A stretch of 64,000 nt of DNA from Octopus vulgaris (GCA_951406725.2 OX597830.1:65658001-65722000); one strand, 5' to 3'; positions 12,295 through 25,095 are shown, counted from the first letter of the stretch. The notes: a model not told the origin generated them from the letters alone. Numbers and translations: made by a program.

Positions 12295-13125
12295 TAGTCT
12301 TTGTTTTTCTTTTTCTTATTTTATTCCATTTTCATACAATATTCTATTACTGCTATGATAAAAGCATGCATGCATGTATGTATATGTATATAGATGTATG
12401 TATGTATGTATATAGATTGACACATATGCACAAATGAATTGGCTTCTTTGAGTTTCCGACTACCAAATCCACTCACAAGACTTTGGTTGGCTGGTGTCAT
12501 GGTAAAAAACACTTGCTCAAGGTGACATGATGTGGGACTGAAACCAAGACCTTGTGGCTGAAAAACAAATATCTCAATCTCACAGTAATACATGCTTTCT
12601 ATATACACGTCAAAAGTAAATAGACACCTCATTATACTATTTTATTTGTGAAGACACTACTCATTAGTATGATGCTCAAATGGGTTTAAATCATTCAAAA
12701 CTGCACAAAGCATGTCTACTGGAAACCTAATATAGTCGCCAGTAGACAACTTACCAACTAAATTTATCAGGAAGTTGGTGGAACTGCCAGTAACAGATGC
12801 TTTGAATCATTATACAGTACGATCATCATCATCTTTATCATTCAATGTCTGTATTGTATGGTATCATGGATTGTACTACCATCATCTTTTTAACATTCAA
12901 TTTTCCATGCTGGCATGGGTTAGATGGAAGTCACTGCAAGAGATTTTCTACGACCAGATACCCTTCTTATTACCAGCTCTCACCTATTCCCATCTTTTTC
13001 ACTCAAGAATTGATCTTCTGAATTATCAACATTATCATTGAGGAACCACTCACTCATGAGAAAATTGAAATTCTCAGACATGGGATACTGCTGGTTATGA
13101 TGATGATGATGATGATATATATACG

Positions 13126-13157
<32 letters not shown>

Positions 13158-13392
13158 TAAGGGTAGAAATTGATATTAGTCAATTAAAACCAGTGGTCTA
13201 GCATATTAAAAAGAATCCGAAGATCAAAATATTTTTACATACAAATTAAGGACTGAACACGAAAAGTGGTCAGTCAACATGCTAGATATAGACGTCAAAT
13301 TGCCATTCTCCACAAAGAGTATGTTCTCAAATAAAACTCAGCACAAAACCAAAGCATTAAACAAGACAAATGAAAATATACGAAATAAAAAC

Positions 13393-13457
13393 CCATGTAC
13401 TGAATCAGTTTCGGTTATTATTATCCGCAAGGATAAACTGTAACCTCGTCAGCATGG
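13393..13457 (-). ncRNA. Type I hammerhead ribozyme (copy 1)
   Basis: Minus strand CCAUG-CUGACGA-GGUUA...UAACC-GAAA-CUGAUUCAG-UA/CAUGG: all core nucleotides and stems I, II, III present; GUA cleavage site between 13398 and 13397. Confidence 0.9.
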
Positions 13458-13903
13458 TCTGTTATAAATACAATTTGCTGGACCAGATGCAAAAACGATT
13501 GACCGGAGTCTCGCATGCATGGAGTTCAACCGATTATATTTGAATATATTTTTCAAATGCCTTCACTTCAGCGCGCTGAGGTCGGAAAAACCAACCTGCA
13601 GCTAATAAGTAGCAACAGTCAATTTACCGGTTAGAGAACATATTTATTTTATATAAAATTAATTAAGGGTAGAAATTGATATTAGTCAATTAAAACCAGT
13701 GGTCTAGCATATTAAAAAGAATCCGAAGATTAAAATATTTTTACATACAAATTAAAGACTGAACACGAAAAGTGGACAGTCAACATGCTAGATATAGACG
13801 TCAAATCACCATTCTCCACAAAGAGTATGTTCTCAAATAAAACTCAGCACAAAACCAAAGCATTAAACAAGACAAATGAAAATATACGAAATAAAATAAT
13901 TAC

Positions 13904-13968
13904 CCATGTACTGAATCAGTTTCGGTTATTATTATCCGCAAGGATAAACTGTAACCTCGTCAGCATGG
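13904..13968 (-). ncRNA. Type I hammerhead ribozyme (copy 2)
   Basis: Identical to copy 1; cleavage site between 13909 and 13908. Confidence 0.9.
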
Positions 13969-14087
13969 TCTGTTATAAATACAATTTGCTGGACCAGATG
14001 CAAAAACGATTGACCGGAGTCTCGCATGCATGGAGTTCAACCGATTATATTTGAATATATTTTTCAAATATATATATATATATATAT

Positions 14088-14545
14088 AAATTTTCAGAGT
14101 GAGATAAAAATCCAAGGCCGTGAAAGATTTTAGAACATTTATAAATAGAAAGTCTTACAGCTGTTTCTGGGATATTTCATATATTCCTTCATCAGAGACG
14201 GTGTGAGGAAATGGTTAAGCCATAGTTATTCTAAATAAGATATGAAATAGAGAATAACTATTGCTTAACCATCTTCTCACACCGTCTCCAATGAAAGGAT
14301 ATATGAAATATCCCGGAAACAGCTGTAAGACCTTCTGTTTATAAATGTTCTAAAATCTTTCATGGCCTTGGATTTTTATCTCATTCTGAAAATTTTTTTT
14401 CTATATATAAACATGCTGATATATGACCTATGTTAAACTCTTCATTCGCATAATCACTGAACCTGGAGCTTAACTATGGTCTGTCCATATCACTTACTCA
14501 GCATTATCTGACACCTTTGGGTTTTATTGACATCATTACCTCTCA
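14088..14545. mobile_element. Penelope-like 3' fragment with ~145-bp inverted (fold-back) repeat
   Basis: 14088-14232 is the imperfect reverse complement of 14251-14394; each arm carries a hammerhead-like motif; embedded in TA/CA microsatellite. Confidence 0.7.
14152..14199 (-). ncRNA. Minimal hammerhead ribozyme with palindromic stem III
   Basis: GUCU-CUGAUGA-AGGAAUAU..AUAUCCCA-GAAA-CAGCUG-UA/AGAC; core intact, base of stem II mismatched; mirror copy at about 14284-14331 has CUGAUGA changed to CCAAUGA. Confidence 0.65.
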
Positions 14546-14547
14546 TA

Positions 14548-14600
<53 letters not shown>

Positions 14601-14987
14601 ATCAGTATATTACTGGTTATATAATTATATAATTAGACAGAGTGTTACAATCTGTTTCATGCAAACTACCACTCTTTTGATGATTAAGAGTAATCCATAT
14701 TGCCAAGAACACAAAACTAACAGTAACATTTTTAACACTTATACACCATAATATACTGTTTGACAATATATAAAAATATCACTTCAATGTTACTCATATA
14801 GAGTGAGCATCTCTTTCTGACTTCTGGACAACAAAAAATATAATATGAAGGGCATCCAGCTGTAGAAACCAAGCCAAATCAGACTGGAACCTGGTGCAGC
14901 TCTCCTGTTTGCAAGATCTGGTCAAACCAACCAACCCATACCAGCATGAAAAACGACATTAAAAGATGATGATAATGATATAAATAT

Positions 14988-16115
14988 ATAGACCATATTT
15001 GGGCTAAATTTGACAATTTGCATAAAAGGGAAAGCAAACATTATATGCCATCCAATAATAAAAGTTTTTAAAATGAAATCAAAAAATATCAACTACATTA
15101 TGGCTGGGAGATAACAATTTACTCAAAGTAACCACCCTCAGCTTCCACCATAGCCTCAAGACATCTCTGGAACCTTGCACGTGCAGTCTTCACTGTGTCC
15201 CTGAGAGGGATCTTCAAACACCTTGATCTTGGCCACCAGCTCAGCTTTGGTGTTGCAGGCAGAGAGGCTGATGTCCTTCTCAACTAATCCTCACACAGTA
15301 ATTCATAGGATTACAATTAGGAGAATTAAGAGGCCAGAAATTGGGAGTGGTGAAGCTGTAGAAATTCTCTGACAACCACTTCTCACTCTCTCTGGAGGAA
15401 GGGAAGGAGGTGAATCCTGTTGCCACACACATGACCTTCCAGTAGTGACCCTCTTCAGCCAGGATTTGACCACAGTCTCCAGCAGATTCATATAGACATC
15501 TGAAGTGAGTTTAAGGCCCTGTTCAAAGATATGGGCAACATGACATCAGCTCACTGGATAGACACCGAAGAACCATAACATTTTGGAGGAACTTGGATTC
15601 TATGATGTCCATGTCATGTCTTATGGCCTTTACAGTATTCACAGTGCATTGAGCAGCAACCATAATATCACCATTTTGATAGCAGGTGTAAACCACCATA
15701 AGGCAGCAAGCTGGCAGAAACGTTAATATGCCGGGCGACATGCTTAGTGGCATTTCGTCTGTTACGCTCTGAGTTCAAATTTTGCCGAGATCGACTTTAC
15801 CTTTCATCCTTTCAGGGTCGATTAAATAAGTACCAGTTACACACTGGGGTCGATATAATCAACTTAATCCGTTTGTCTGTCCTTGTTTGTCCTCTCTGTG
15901 TTTAGCCCCTTGTGGGTAGTAAAGAAATAGGTGTAAACCACCATGATACAGGTAACTCTTTTCCAATATTCAGATGGCTTTCAGTACTCTGTGTCAGCTA
16001 ACTTTTTCTCAGCTACAACTTCCATCTTTATGCTCTCCAACACTGTCGACTGTTCACTAATACATGAAGCTGTTCCTGAAAAAAAGAAGACATGAAAAAA
16101 TGTCAAATTTATATA
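14988..16115 (-). mobile_element. Decayed Tc1/mariner-superfamily transposon, interrupted by a family A SINE
   Basis: Frameshifted transposase motifs VWQQDS and FWPLNSPNCNPMNY (cf. WPPNSPDLNP); aaatttgaca/tgtcaaattt terminal remnants; SINE at 15700-15930 has a 16-bp TSD. Confidence 0.7.
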
Positions 16116-18291
16116 TTTTTAAATATATTTGTGTATATATATGTAATAATAATTATGTGGAGGCGCAATGGCCCAGTGATTAGGGCAACGGACTCGCAGT
16201 TGTAGGATCATGGTTTCGATCCCCAGACTGAGTGTCATGAGTGTTTATTGAGCGAAAACACCTAAAGCTCCAGCAGGAGGAGGTGGCGAACCCTGCTGTA
16301 CTCTTTCACCACAACTTTCTCTCACTCTTTCTTCCTGTTTCTGTTGTACCTGTATTTCAAAAGGGCCAGCTTTGTCACACTCTGTGACATGCTGAATCTC
16401 CCCGAGAACTACGTTAAGGGTGCACGTGTCTGTGGAGTGCTATGCATCTTTTTGGGTGGTGGGGGAAGGGGGGGGTCTGGTTGAAAAGGCAAGATCCCTG
16501 GCCTTTTCCGCTCCACTCCACTTCCATCCAGCCACTTGATAAATGACATCGATACCATTAATGTTCCTCTTGAATCTTTGTAAGCCAACACCAGCAGAAA
16601 GGACGTGACCAATGGCTGGTGGATGAACACTGAATTCCAGACGGATGACGTTGCACACACGCATACTCTTTACTCTTTTACTGGTTTCAGTCATTTGACT
16701 GCGGCCATGCTGGAGCACCGCCTTTAGTCGAGTAAATCGACCCCGGAACTTATTCTTTGTAAGCCCAGTACTTATTCTATCGGTCTCTTTTTGCCGAACC
16801 GCTAAGTGACGGGACATAAACACACCAGCATCGGTTGTCAAGCGATGTTGGGGGGACAAACACAGACACACAAACATACACACACATACATATATATATA
16901 TATACATATATATGACAGGCTTCTTTCAGTTTTCATCTACCAAATCCACTCACAAGGCATTGGTCGGCCCGAGGCTATAGCAGAAGACACTTGCCCAAGA
17001 TGCTACGCAGTGGGACTGAACCCGGAACCATGTGGTTGGTTAGCAAGCTACTTACCACACAGCCACTCCTGTGCCTATGTGCACATACAACAGGCTTTTT
17101 TCAGTTTTCATCTACCAAATTCACTGACAAGACTTCGCTTGGTTTGAGGGTTTAGTAGAAGATACTTACTCAGGGTTCCACACAGTGGAATGGAACCTGA
17201 GACCAGACAGTTGAAAATCAAGCTTCTCATCCTCACAGCCAAGCCAAGCCTTTATTTATAGTACTGAAATTAGCCCACATACACAAACATAAAAATGAAA
17301 TATGAGGGTTCTGATAAGATGATTGTACATCCGATGGTTAAATTTGTGCATCCATCACCTTGCCACAGAACCTTCTGTGAAATCCAAATGTCCAATTTTT
17401 CCATGTAGCCCCTAAAATATGCACTATGATCTCTTGTGGGAATCACTAAACCTATGGATTGAGACTTGCAGAGTTTGATGGAGATATGATTATTGTCCTG
17501 ACCGATGAGCCCAAATTTGGACAAGGACTTGAACATCATTCTGGATAACATACTGAGGGTGACACTAGCAGGAAGATAAGAGTCATGATGCAAGTGGTAT
17601 ACCCAGCATACGAAGATACCTTTGTTGTGAAGCAAAGGAAAAACAACAAGCAGAACAGTCCTAGTATGAGGTATTGTCAGATGGCTGGGTTGATGAAAAA
17701 GCTAAGGCAGCTGAAGAAAAGGCGGAAAGAAGCAGATGGTAAAAGAAAAGTGACTTTAAACCAATTTACTGTGAAGTTTTGAAGAAAACCTGCTCCAGAT
17801 TCGGAGAGCAAAGTCACTTCAGAAAAAAATATAGAGTGAAAAGGGGAGTCAAAGGAAGACCTTTTTTAACCACTCCTTCCATTTCACTGCTGACCTCCTC
17901 AGTGAGTCAAAAAGTGGGAGGTTAATATGCTCAAAAAAAGAAGAGGTAGAGTGCAGAGTAGCAGCAACACATGGTGACCCCAGAAGAGATATACCATAAG
18001 GAAATTGTCCCTTTCCACTGCCAATGCTCAAGCTCCACATCCCCTTTGATATGGCAGACTTAACTTTCGATGAAATGAGGGCGGTGGTGGCAAAAACTCA
18101 TGAAGGTTCTGCTCCCGGGCCATCTGGCACCACATATAGAATTTTTTAAAATTACCAACTACAGTTAAGAGAGCTAGCAAGACTTTTATGTTCAGTCTGG
18201 AAGAAGAATCAGGAACTCTGGCACTGGACACTCACTGCACATTGTTTGGTTCCAAAATAATAATAATAATAATGATGACGACGATGACGAC

Positions 18292-18455
18292 GACTTCGAA
18301 AAATACCTTAGGAATGAGAACCCAGGTTCGAAATTTCCCTGATGAAGGCTGGTAAGTATATCAGTCAAAACATGTTAACAACAAACAAGATGAGAACAAA
18401 TATCCGTCAAATGTAAATAATGTACATAATTCCTCATCTCTTAAATATAGAACTA
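18292..18455 (+). mobile_element. Penelope-like 3' remnant with degenerate hammerhead
   Basis: CTGATGA-AGGCTGG...TCAGTC-AAAAC at 18339-18371 (GAAA mutated to AAAA). Confidence 0.5.
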
Positions 18456-18768
18456 TACTTATGCTACGGGTACAATTTTGTGATTCCAATTATAAATGAA
18501 AATTGTGTAACACGGAATAAATAATACCAAAAAGTTTTCCAGATGTCCATTTTGTTATATAATAACAATGGAAACAATATTTCCAGAATTTTCAATAGGC
18601 GCTGGAGTGGCTGTGTGGTAAGTAGCTTGCTAGCCAACCACATGGTTCCGGGTTCAGTCCCACTGCGTGGCATCTTGGGCAAGTGTCTTATGCTATAGCC
18701 CCGGGCCAACCAATGCTTTGTGAGTGGATTTGATAGACGGAAACTGAAAGAAGCCTGTCGTATATATG

Positions 18769-18799
<31 letters not shown>

Positions 18800-19294
18800 A
18801 TATGTTTGTGTGTCTGTGTTTGTTCCCCTAGCATTGCTTGACAACCGATGCTGGTGTGTTTACGTCCCTGTCACTTAGCGACCGATAGATTACGTACTGG
18901 GCTTACAAAGAATAAGTCCCGGGGTCGATTTGCTCGACTAAAGGCGGTGCTCCAGCATGGCCGCAGTCAAATGACTGAAACAAGTAAAGAGAGAGTAATG
19001 TATACCTCACATCAATAATACAACGACGACGACTATATACTGGATTATGATACTGCAATAATCATCAGATATGCTTCAAGAAAACACAGCTTGGATTTTT
19101 CCCTAACCTGCATTATAAAAACGTATGAATATAAATCATTAAACAGTGACATTAGAGTTATCTTCCTTGAGCTAATTCGTGACGCTGCGAGAATCCAATT
19201 AACCTATAATGGACCGGTCCGTTTTTTATTCCTGGCATTGTCTATACTGGTTTGCATGATCCTATGTATCATATCCTATAAGGTGCGACATAGG

Positions 19295-19431
19295 AAAGAT
19301 TTAACTACTATTTCTTGCACGGCCAACCACATAGAAGGTTCCGTGTTGGCAAGTGTTTGTATAAAGATTTAACTACTATTTCTTGCACGGCCAACCACAT
19401 AGAGGGTTCCGTGTTGACAAGTGTTTGTATA
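19295..19431. repeat. 68-bp tandem duplication
   Basis: aaagatttaactactatttcttgcacggccaacc... at 19295 and 19363, two mismatches. Confidence 0.92.
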
Positions 19432-19516
19432 CCAAATCAATGTAAGTCGCATTTCCAGTTTTTCTTTCCCGTTCTTCTCATTCACCTCACATTTTATAAC
19501 TATTTCTAAAAATTTA

Positions 19517-19706
19517 TATAAAAAGTTGGTAATTTTAGATCATTAAATAGTGTGAAAATAGTATTAAATATACGTTTAGTACTGGTAGACGCTTCTATTT
19601 CTAATTTTCTTTATATTTCATCTATTTCGTCATCTTTATGCTGAAGGCGAGCCCAGAAATGTTTATTTACCATTACGTTACAAATACCTTGCCTCGACAG
19701 GTAGGT
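19517..19706 (+). promoter_or_regulatory. Candidate promoter and non-coding first exon of the IGFBP/TY gene
   Basis: TATAAAAAG at 19517; strong donor CAG|gtaggt at 19700/19701; the ATG exon at 25050 has its own acceptor, so an upstream exon is expected. Confidence 0.4.
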
Positions 19707-19844
19707 TGATTAATCCAAAAGCGTGCGTAAGTTAGTAGTAAATGCTGAGACAGATAGAATGATGTTATGAGAGAACAGAGTCCGAGCTAGAGAGAAAGTG
19801 TGGGACATTATTTTGAAGTTGCTGGTAGGAATTTTTCTTTCTGT

Positions 19845-20223
19845 CTCCGATCATTAAATGCTAGCAGTTCTTTCCTTACTAATTGAGTCGTCATGAAATG
19901 CCTTATTCAGTTGCCAACAAGTTACTAACTGATTTTTGCTTGGGATGTGCTTGCTTATATTAAGATCCAGAAGGATAGACATATCATTGAGAACAACAGA
20001 TTTAGTGGTCTTGTTATATATTCTAGCTTTGGAGAAGTAGAAGGGGTTAGAAAGGGTCAAGTGGTGAAGACATTATTTCGGCCTAGCTAATGGCATCTGG
20101 GAAATATAAAACTGCTGTCAGAGAAAAACCATTGTTCCATCATGGGAACAGTTCTGTAGCAGTGTTGATTTAAATTTGGCTGTGGTGGATCGAATCCATT
20201 TCATGCTTGCAGGATTCGCTACA
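19845..20223 (+). repeat. Non-coding block homologous (inverted) to 63627-63985
   Basis: e.g. atccagaaggatagacatatcattgagaacaa and ggttagaaagggtcaagtggtgaagacattatttc match in reverse complement. Confidence 0.9.
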
Positions 20224-22821
20224 CACACATGCCCGTCTGTGTATCTGTCTATTTGTTTATATTTACACTCATCTCCATCTATAATTTATCTAAGTGTTCA
20301 CTCATCTGTATACCTATTTATCTGTTTACACACTCCTCACTATAAATTTCTGTCACGGACATAGAGTAGCATCAATATTCAAATACCCACCCCATTATTT
20401 CTAAAATACATATTAGTCGATCCTGTTTAGCAAATAACAGCGTATAAAACGTTATGGCTTTCTGCTTTTCCATCTTGCTGCCGTTATATTTTGCATAGCA
20501 ATTACACATGAATACCTATTCAGATTATTGTTGTTTTAACACCAGCAGGCTCCCATCGGGAAGACGTAAGCAAATTAAAGTCATCTCGTCTTTTTCTACA
20601 TCGATGACTATATTGTCCACTGTAGTATCCTTCTTTATTTAAGACAGTAAGGCATGATTTGAGGTGAATCGACTACCATTTCTTAAAAAAAAAAAATCCA
20701 GAGCCAAAGAATAAGAATCTCTGATGTCGATCACACACACACACATATAAGGGTAGAGTAGGAGATGTTTTGAATTCCTTATTTTCAGTATTTAAGGCAG
20801 CGAACTGGGAGAATCGTTAACTGCGCAGCGTATTTTTTTCTTTTTTACTTCCTGGTTTTACGTTCTGACTTCAAATTCTACCAGGGTCCACTTTGCCATT
20901 CATCCTTTTGGAGTCGAGGAAATTAGGACCAGTTGAGTACTGGGGTTGATGGGTAAGGTTTTACCAACTCACCCCCAATGCTTTTCACCAAAAAAATAAT
21001 AATAACAATAATAATAATACTCGGATTTTTTTCGCGTGGAATTAACTCCCCTGAACTCCTGCTATACCGCCAATCCCTTATTATGGTGGTTCGGAAAAGG
21101 AGGTGAGGCGGGGCGAACCCCTCCGCCGGAATTATTCGAAATTTCTTCTTTTTTTTTTTTCGTTGAATGAATTACGGTGAGCTCCTAATATGCCGCAGAA
21201 TCCTATTGTCCGGAAAACGGGTGGGGATGGAACTCTCGGAAATTTCACACACACCCTCCTAATTTCACGGAAAATTTTTTGCCGAATTTTTGCGTGGGTC
21301 AATACTTGTTGGCGAGGGAACCTTTCTAGTAGCACTCGTCCTTTTAGAAATAACAGCCAAATCTCCCTCGTCACACTGCACCATCTTTGTTGCGCAAAAC
21401 GTACATGGGAGCCAGTCAAGGGGTTTTACTTGACTCAACAGGTCTTCTCAAGCTTATCATATCACCCGACGCATCTATTGTACTCTTAACTGGGCTGGAC
21501 ATGCATGGCTGCGGTCTCACTTTAGTTGCTGGGTCTTCTCACTCACAATATATCTCCAAATGTCTCGGTCTCCTGTCATTACCTTTGTGAGGCCCAATGT
21601 TCCTGGGTGTACCTCTTCCACAGGTTCCTTCCACAGTTAGGGAGTGGCACTTCCTCACACAGCTCTTGTCATTCATACATAACACATGATCATACCAATG
21701 CAGTATGATCATGTCTCTCTTGCACATCATGTTTGATGCTTTTTATGCCCATCTTTTCTCTCAGAGAGCATGTGTGTGTGTGTGGTAATAACAATTCCCT
21801 CTCTCTCTCTCTTTTGGAGAGGCACTGAGTACCTACATGCACACATACACACACGGCAGTAACTTCCGCCTACTGAATTCAATCACAAAGCTTCGGTCGA
21901 CTCGGGCTATAGTGGAAGACGCCTGCCCAAAGTGCCACGCAGTGGAACTGAACCCGAAACCATGTAGCTAGGAAGCAAGCTCCCTAACCACACAGCCATA
22001 ACCCGCGCCTACCCTATTTCCGAATCAATGGAACTACCTTTTGGTTAAATCTCTAATCTTTACAAGTGAACCTTTACCATTTTTACTTTTGTTTTTGCAT
22101 ATTTGTAATCTCCAATGTCTAAATAAAACCTATGAATCCAAAGAAATTTCCAAAAAATGCATTTTTGAAGGTGAGGTCTGAAACTGCATTAGCCTCATTT
22201 CTTTACCCATATTTTTAGACAACATTTTGCAGAAATACATTTTCAAGTGTGTGGATTACATTAGACTGAAAATTCAAATAAGTTTGAAAAGAACAAGTGA
22301 AATGCTAAAGTTTAGTGGTGACAAAGTCTGAGCAGGAGAAATAAAGAATGATATAAAATTCTTCTATAAAAATATTAGCATTTGTGTGTGTGTGTGTGTG
22401 AAAGAAGTAGAAGTATAATATTAATACAAAATATATTTTACATATCTCTTAAAACCACTGGATACATTAATCCCAGATTGCAGAATAGATTTCAAATGGC
22501 ATTGAGTCAGTTAGTAAAAAGAAAAATCTCACTTTCCCTTTGCAAGTTTTCATGCCAGTCGGGTAACTAATGCATTTCATTTTGGTGTGGAGGGCAAGAG
22601 AGAAAAAAGGAAAGAGAGAGACAGAGAAAGTGATGAGAGACTATGAATAAAGTAAGAAAGAAAGAGCACCGCCTTTAGTCGACCAAATCGACCCCAGGAC
22701 TTATTCTTTGGAAGCCAAGTACTTATTCGATCGGTCTCTTTTTGCCGAACCGCTAAGTTATGGGGACGTAAACAAACCAGCATCGGTTGTCAAGCGATGT
22801 TGGGGGTACAAACACAGACAA

Positions 22822-22852
<31 letters not shown>

Positions 22853-23009
22853 AATATACATATATACGATGGGCTTCTTTCAGTTTCTGCCTACCAAATC
22901 CACTCACAAAGCTTTGGTTGACACTTGCCCGAGGTGCCACGCAGTGGGACTGAACCCAGATCCATGTGGCTGGTAAGCAATCTACTTACCACAAAGCCAC
23001 TCCTGCGCC

Positions 23010-23192
<183 letters not shown>

Positions 23193-24381
23193 ATTATATA
23201 TGTATGTATTATGTATGTATTATGGTTCTGGGTTCATTCTCACAGCATAGGTAGGTGTCTTCTATTATAGACCAACCCCGACCCCCACTTCGTTTCCGAA
23301 CCACAAAAATAATGGATTTGCAGTGTAGTAGGAGGCCAGGGGAGTTGATTCCATGTGAAAAATCCAAGGGTTTAGTAGACAGAAACTGATAGGAGCCCTT
23401 CATGCATATATGCATACATGTGCATATGCACATACGTGTGCAAATGTATGTGAGTGTTGATGTGTGTATGTTTGCGTATCCTTATAATTCTATAATTATT
23501 GTAAATGAGTGTCACTGTCATAAAAGCAGTGTTGTTCATTTCCAGTATTCTACAAAAACCTGTCTGGCCCCATGGAAATATTACTCCTCTTAGAAATAGT
23601 TAAGAAATAGCAACAGAAGGGGCATGTGAGCACAGAAAACCTACCTCAGTGAATTCTTTCTGACCCATGCAGACATGAAAAAGTGACTATAATAATGGCT
23701 TCAAATTTTGCCACAAAGCCAGCAATTTCAGGGAAAGAGATAAGTCATTTACATCGACCCCAATTATCAAATGGTATTTTTTCTATCTACTCCAAAAGGA
23801 CAAAAGGCAAAGTTGACCTCAGCAGAATTTGAAATCAGATCATAAAAATGAACGAAATGCCACTAAGCATTTTGCCTGGCATGCTAATAATTCAGCCAGC
23901 TCACTGCCTTAACAATAATAATAATAATCCTTTCTCCTATAGGCATAAGGCCTGAAATTTGTGGGAGGCAACAGTCTTATTTTATTGACCCCTAAATGGA
24001 AGAAGGGCAATGTCGACCCCAGTGGAATTTGAACTCAGAATATAACAACAGACGAAATGTTGCTAAGCATTTTGTCCAGTGTACCAACAATTGTGACAGC
24101 ATGCTGCCTTACTTATAATAATAATCCTTTCTACTAAAGGCACAAGGTCTGAAATTTGGGGGTAGGGGAATAATCAATTACATCGACTCCAGTGTTTCAC
24201 TGGTACTTAATTTATCGACCCTGAAAGGATGAAAGGATAAGTTGACCTCGGCAGGATTTGAACTCAGATCAGAGCGACAGGCAAAATACTGCTAAGCATT
24301 TCACCCGGCATGCTAATGATTCTGCCAGCTCACCACTTTAATAATAATAATAATAATAATAATAACAACAACAACAATAAA

Positions 24382-24925
24382 ATGCCCTGATGCAGTACCA
24401 GGCAGTTGCTCTCATGGCTTCTGATCTAAACTGATTGGAAGTGTTATCATCTACATTGTTTTGTCTTGGTATAAAAGATAGGCTACAGCAAATATTCTGC
24501 TCAATACCACAGATTTGCTTGTCAGTTGTTTGACCTTAACCAGTTGAGCATGCCCCTTGGTGGCTGACGATATGTGCATCTCTGATCACGAGCAGAAGTA
24601 GTGGGGGAATATCATAGCTGTGTGTTGAAAGGGATTCTTTGGGGTTTGAATAATTCACCTCTGGAAACATGGATGTTTCGTTCAACATCCTTAAACAACT
24701 GTTATTCAAGGACCTTTTGAGTGGGATGGGTTACTCGACCAGAAGTCCCATCTGCGAGGTCATGTGCTGTTTATTTTCATATGCGATCACCATGTCGTGC
24801 ACATATGGTTGTGATGCATGTGCCTGGTGTACCCTTATCAGACAGGTAGTGATGATGGGTATATTGGGCTTCGTATATTTTACACCAGTGTCACTTTGAT
24901 GGCATGCACTGCTCTCTCACTCAAT
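24382..24925 (-). mobile_element. ~500-bp interspersed repeat inserted in (TAA)n, probably the 5' part of an R4/Dong-like element
   Basis: Highly similar second copy at 56540-57035 with the same end (gcactgctctctcactcaataataa); both sit in TAA tracts; clade assignment is inference. Confidence 0.6.
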
Positions 24926-25095
24926 AATAATAACAATAATAATAATAATAATAGTAATAATAATAATAATAATAATGATGATTGTGTATGTTGTCGTGAA
25001 CCCCCTTCATATGTTTAACTATTCTGCCTTACTTTTAATTTTGTTTCAGTTTCTATATAAGCTGACACCCTAATCAAGAAGACAGCGGTATCAAT

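Larger units (their letters stand above)
13145..14069 (-). mobile_element. Hammerhead-containing tandem element (retrozyme / Penelope-like pLTR type), ~1.8 units of 506-511 bp
   Basis: 13145-13558 is repeated almost identically at 13651-14069; (TA)n on both sides; one hammerhead per unit; no meaningful ORF. Confidence 0.85.

Noticed and set aside
14640-14806. Hammerhead half-motif (GAAACAGATTGTA on the minus strand)
   Set aside because: No intact CUGANGA partner; at best a heavily decayed Penelope-like relic
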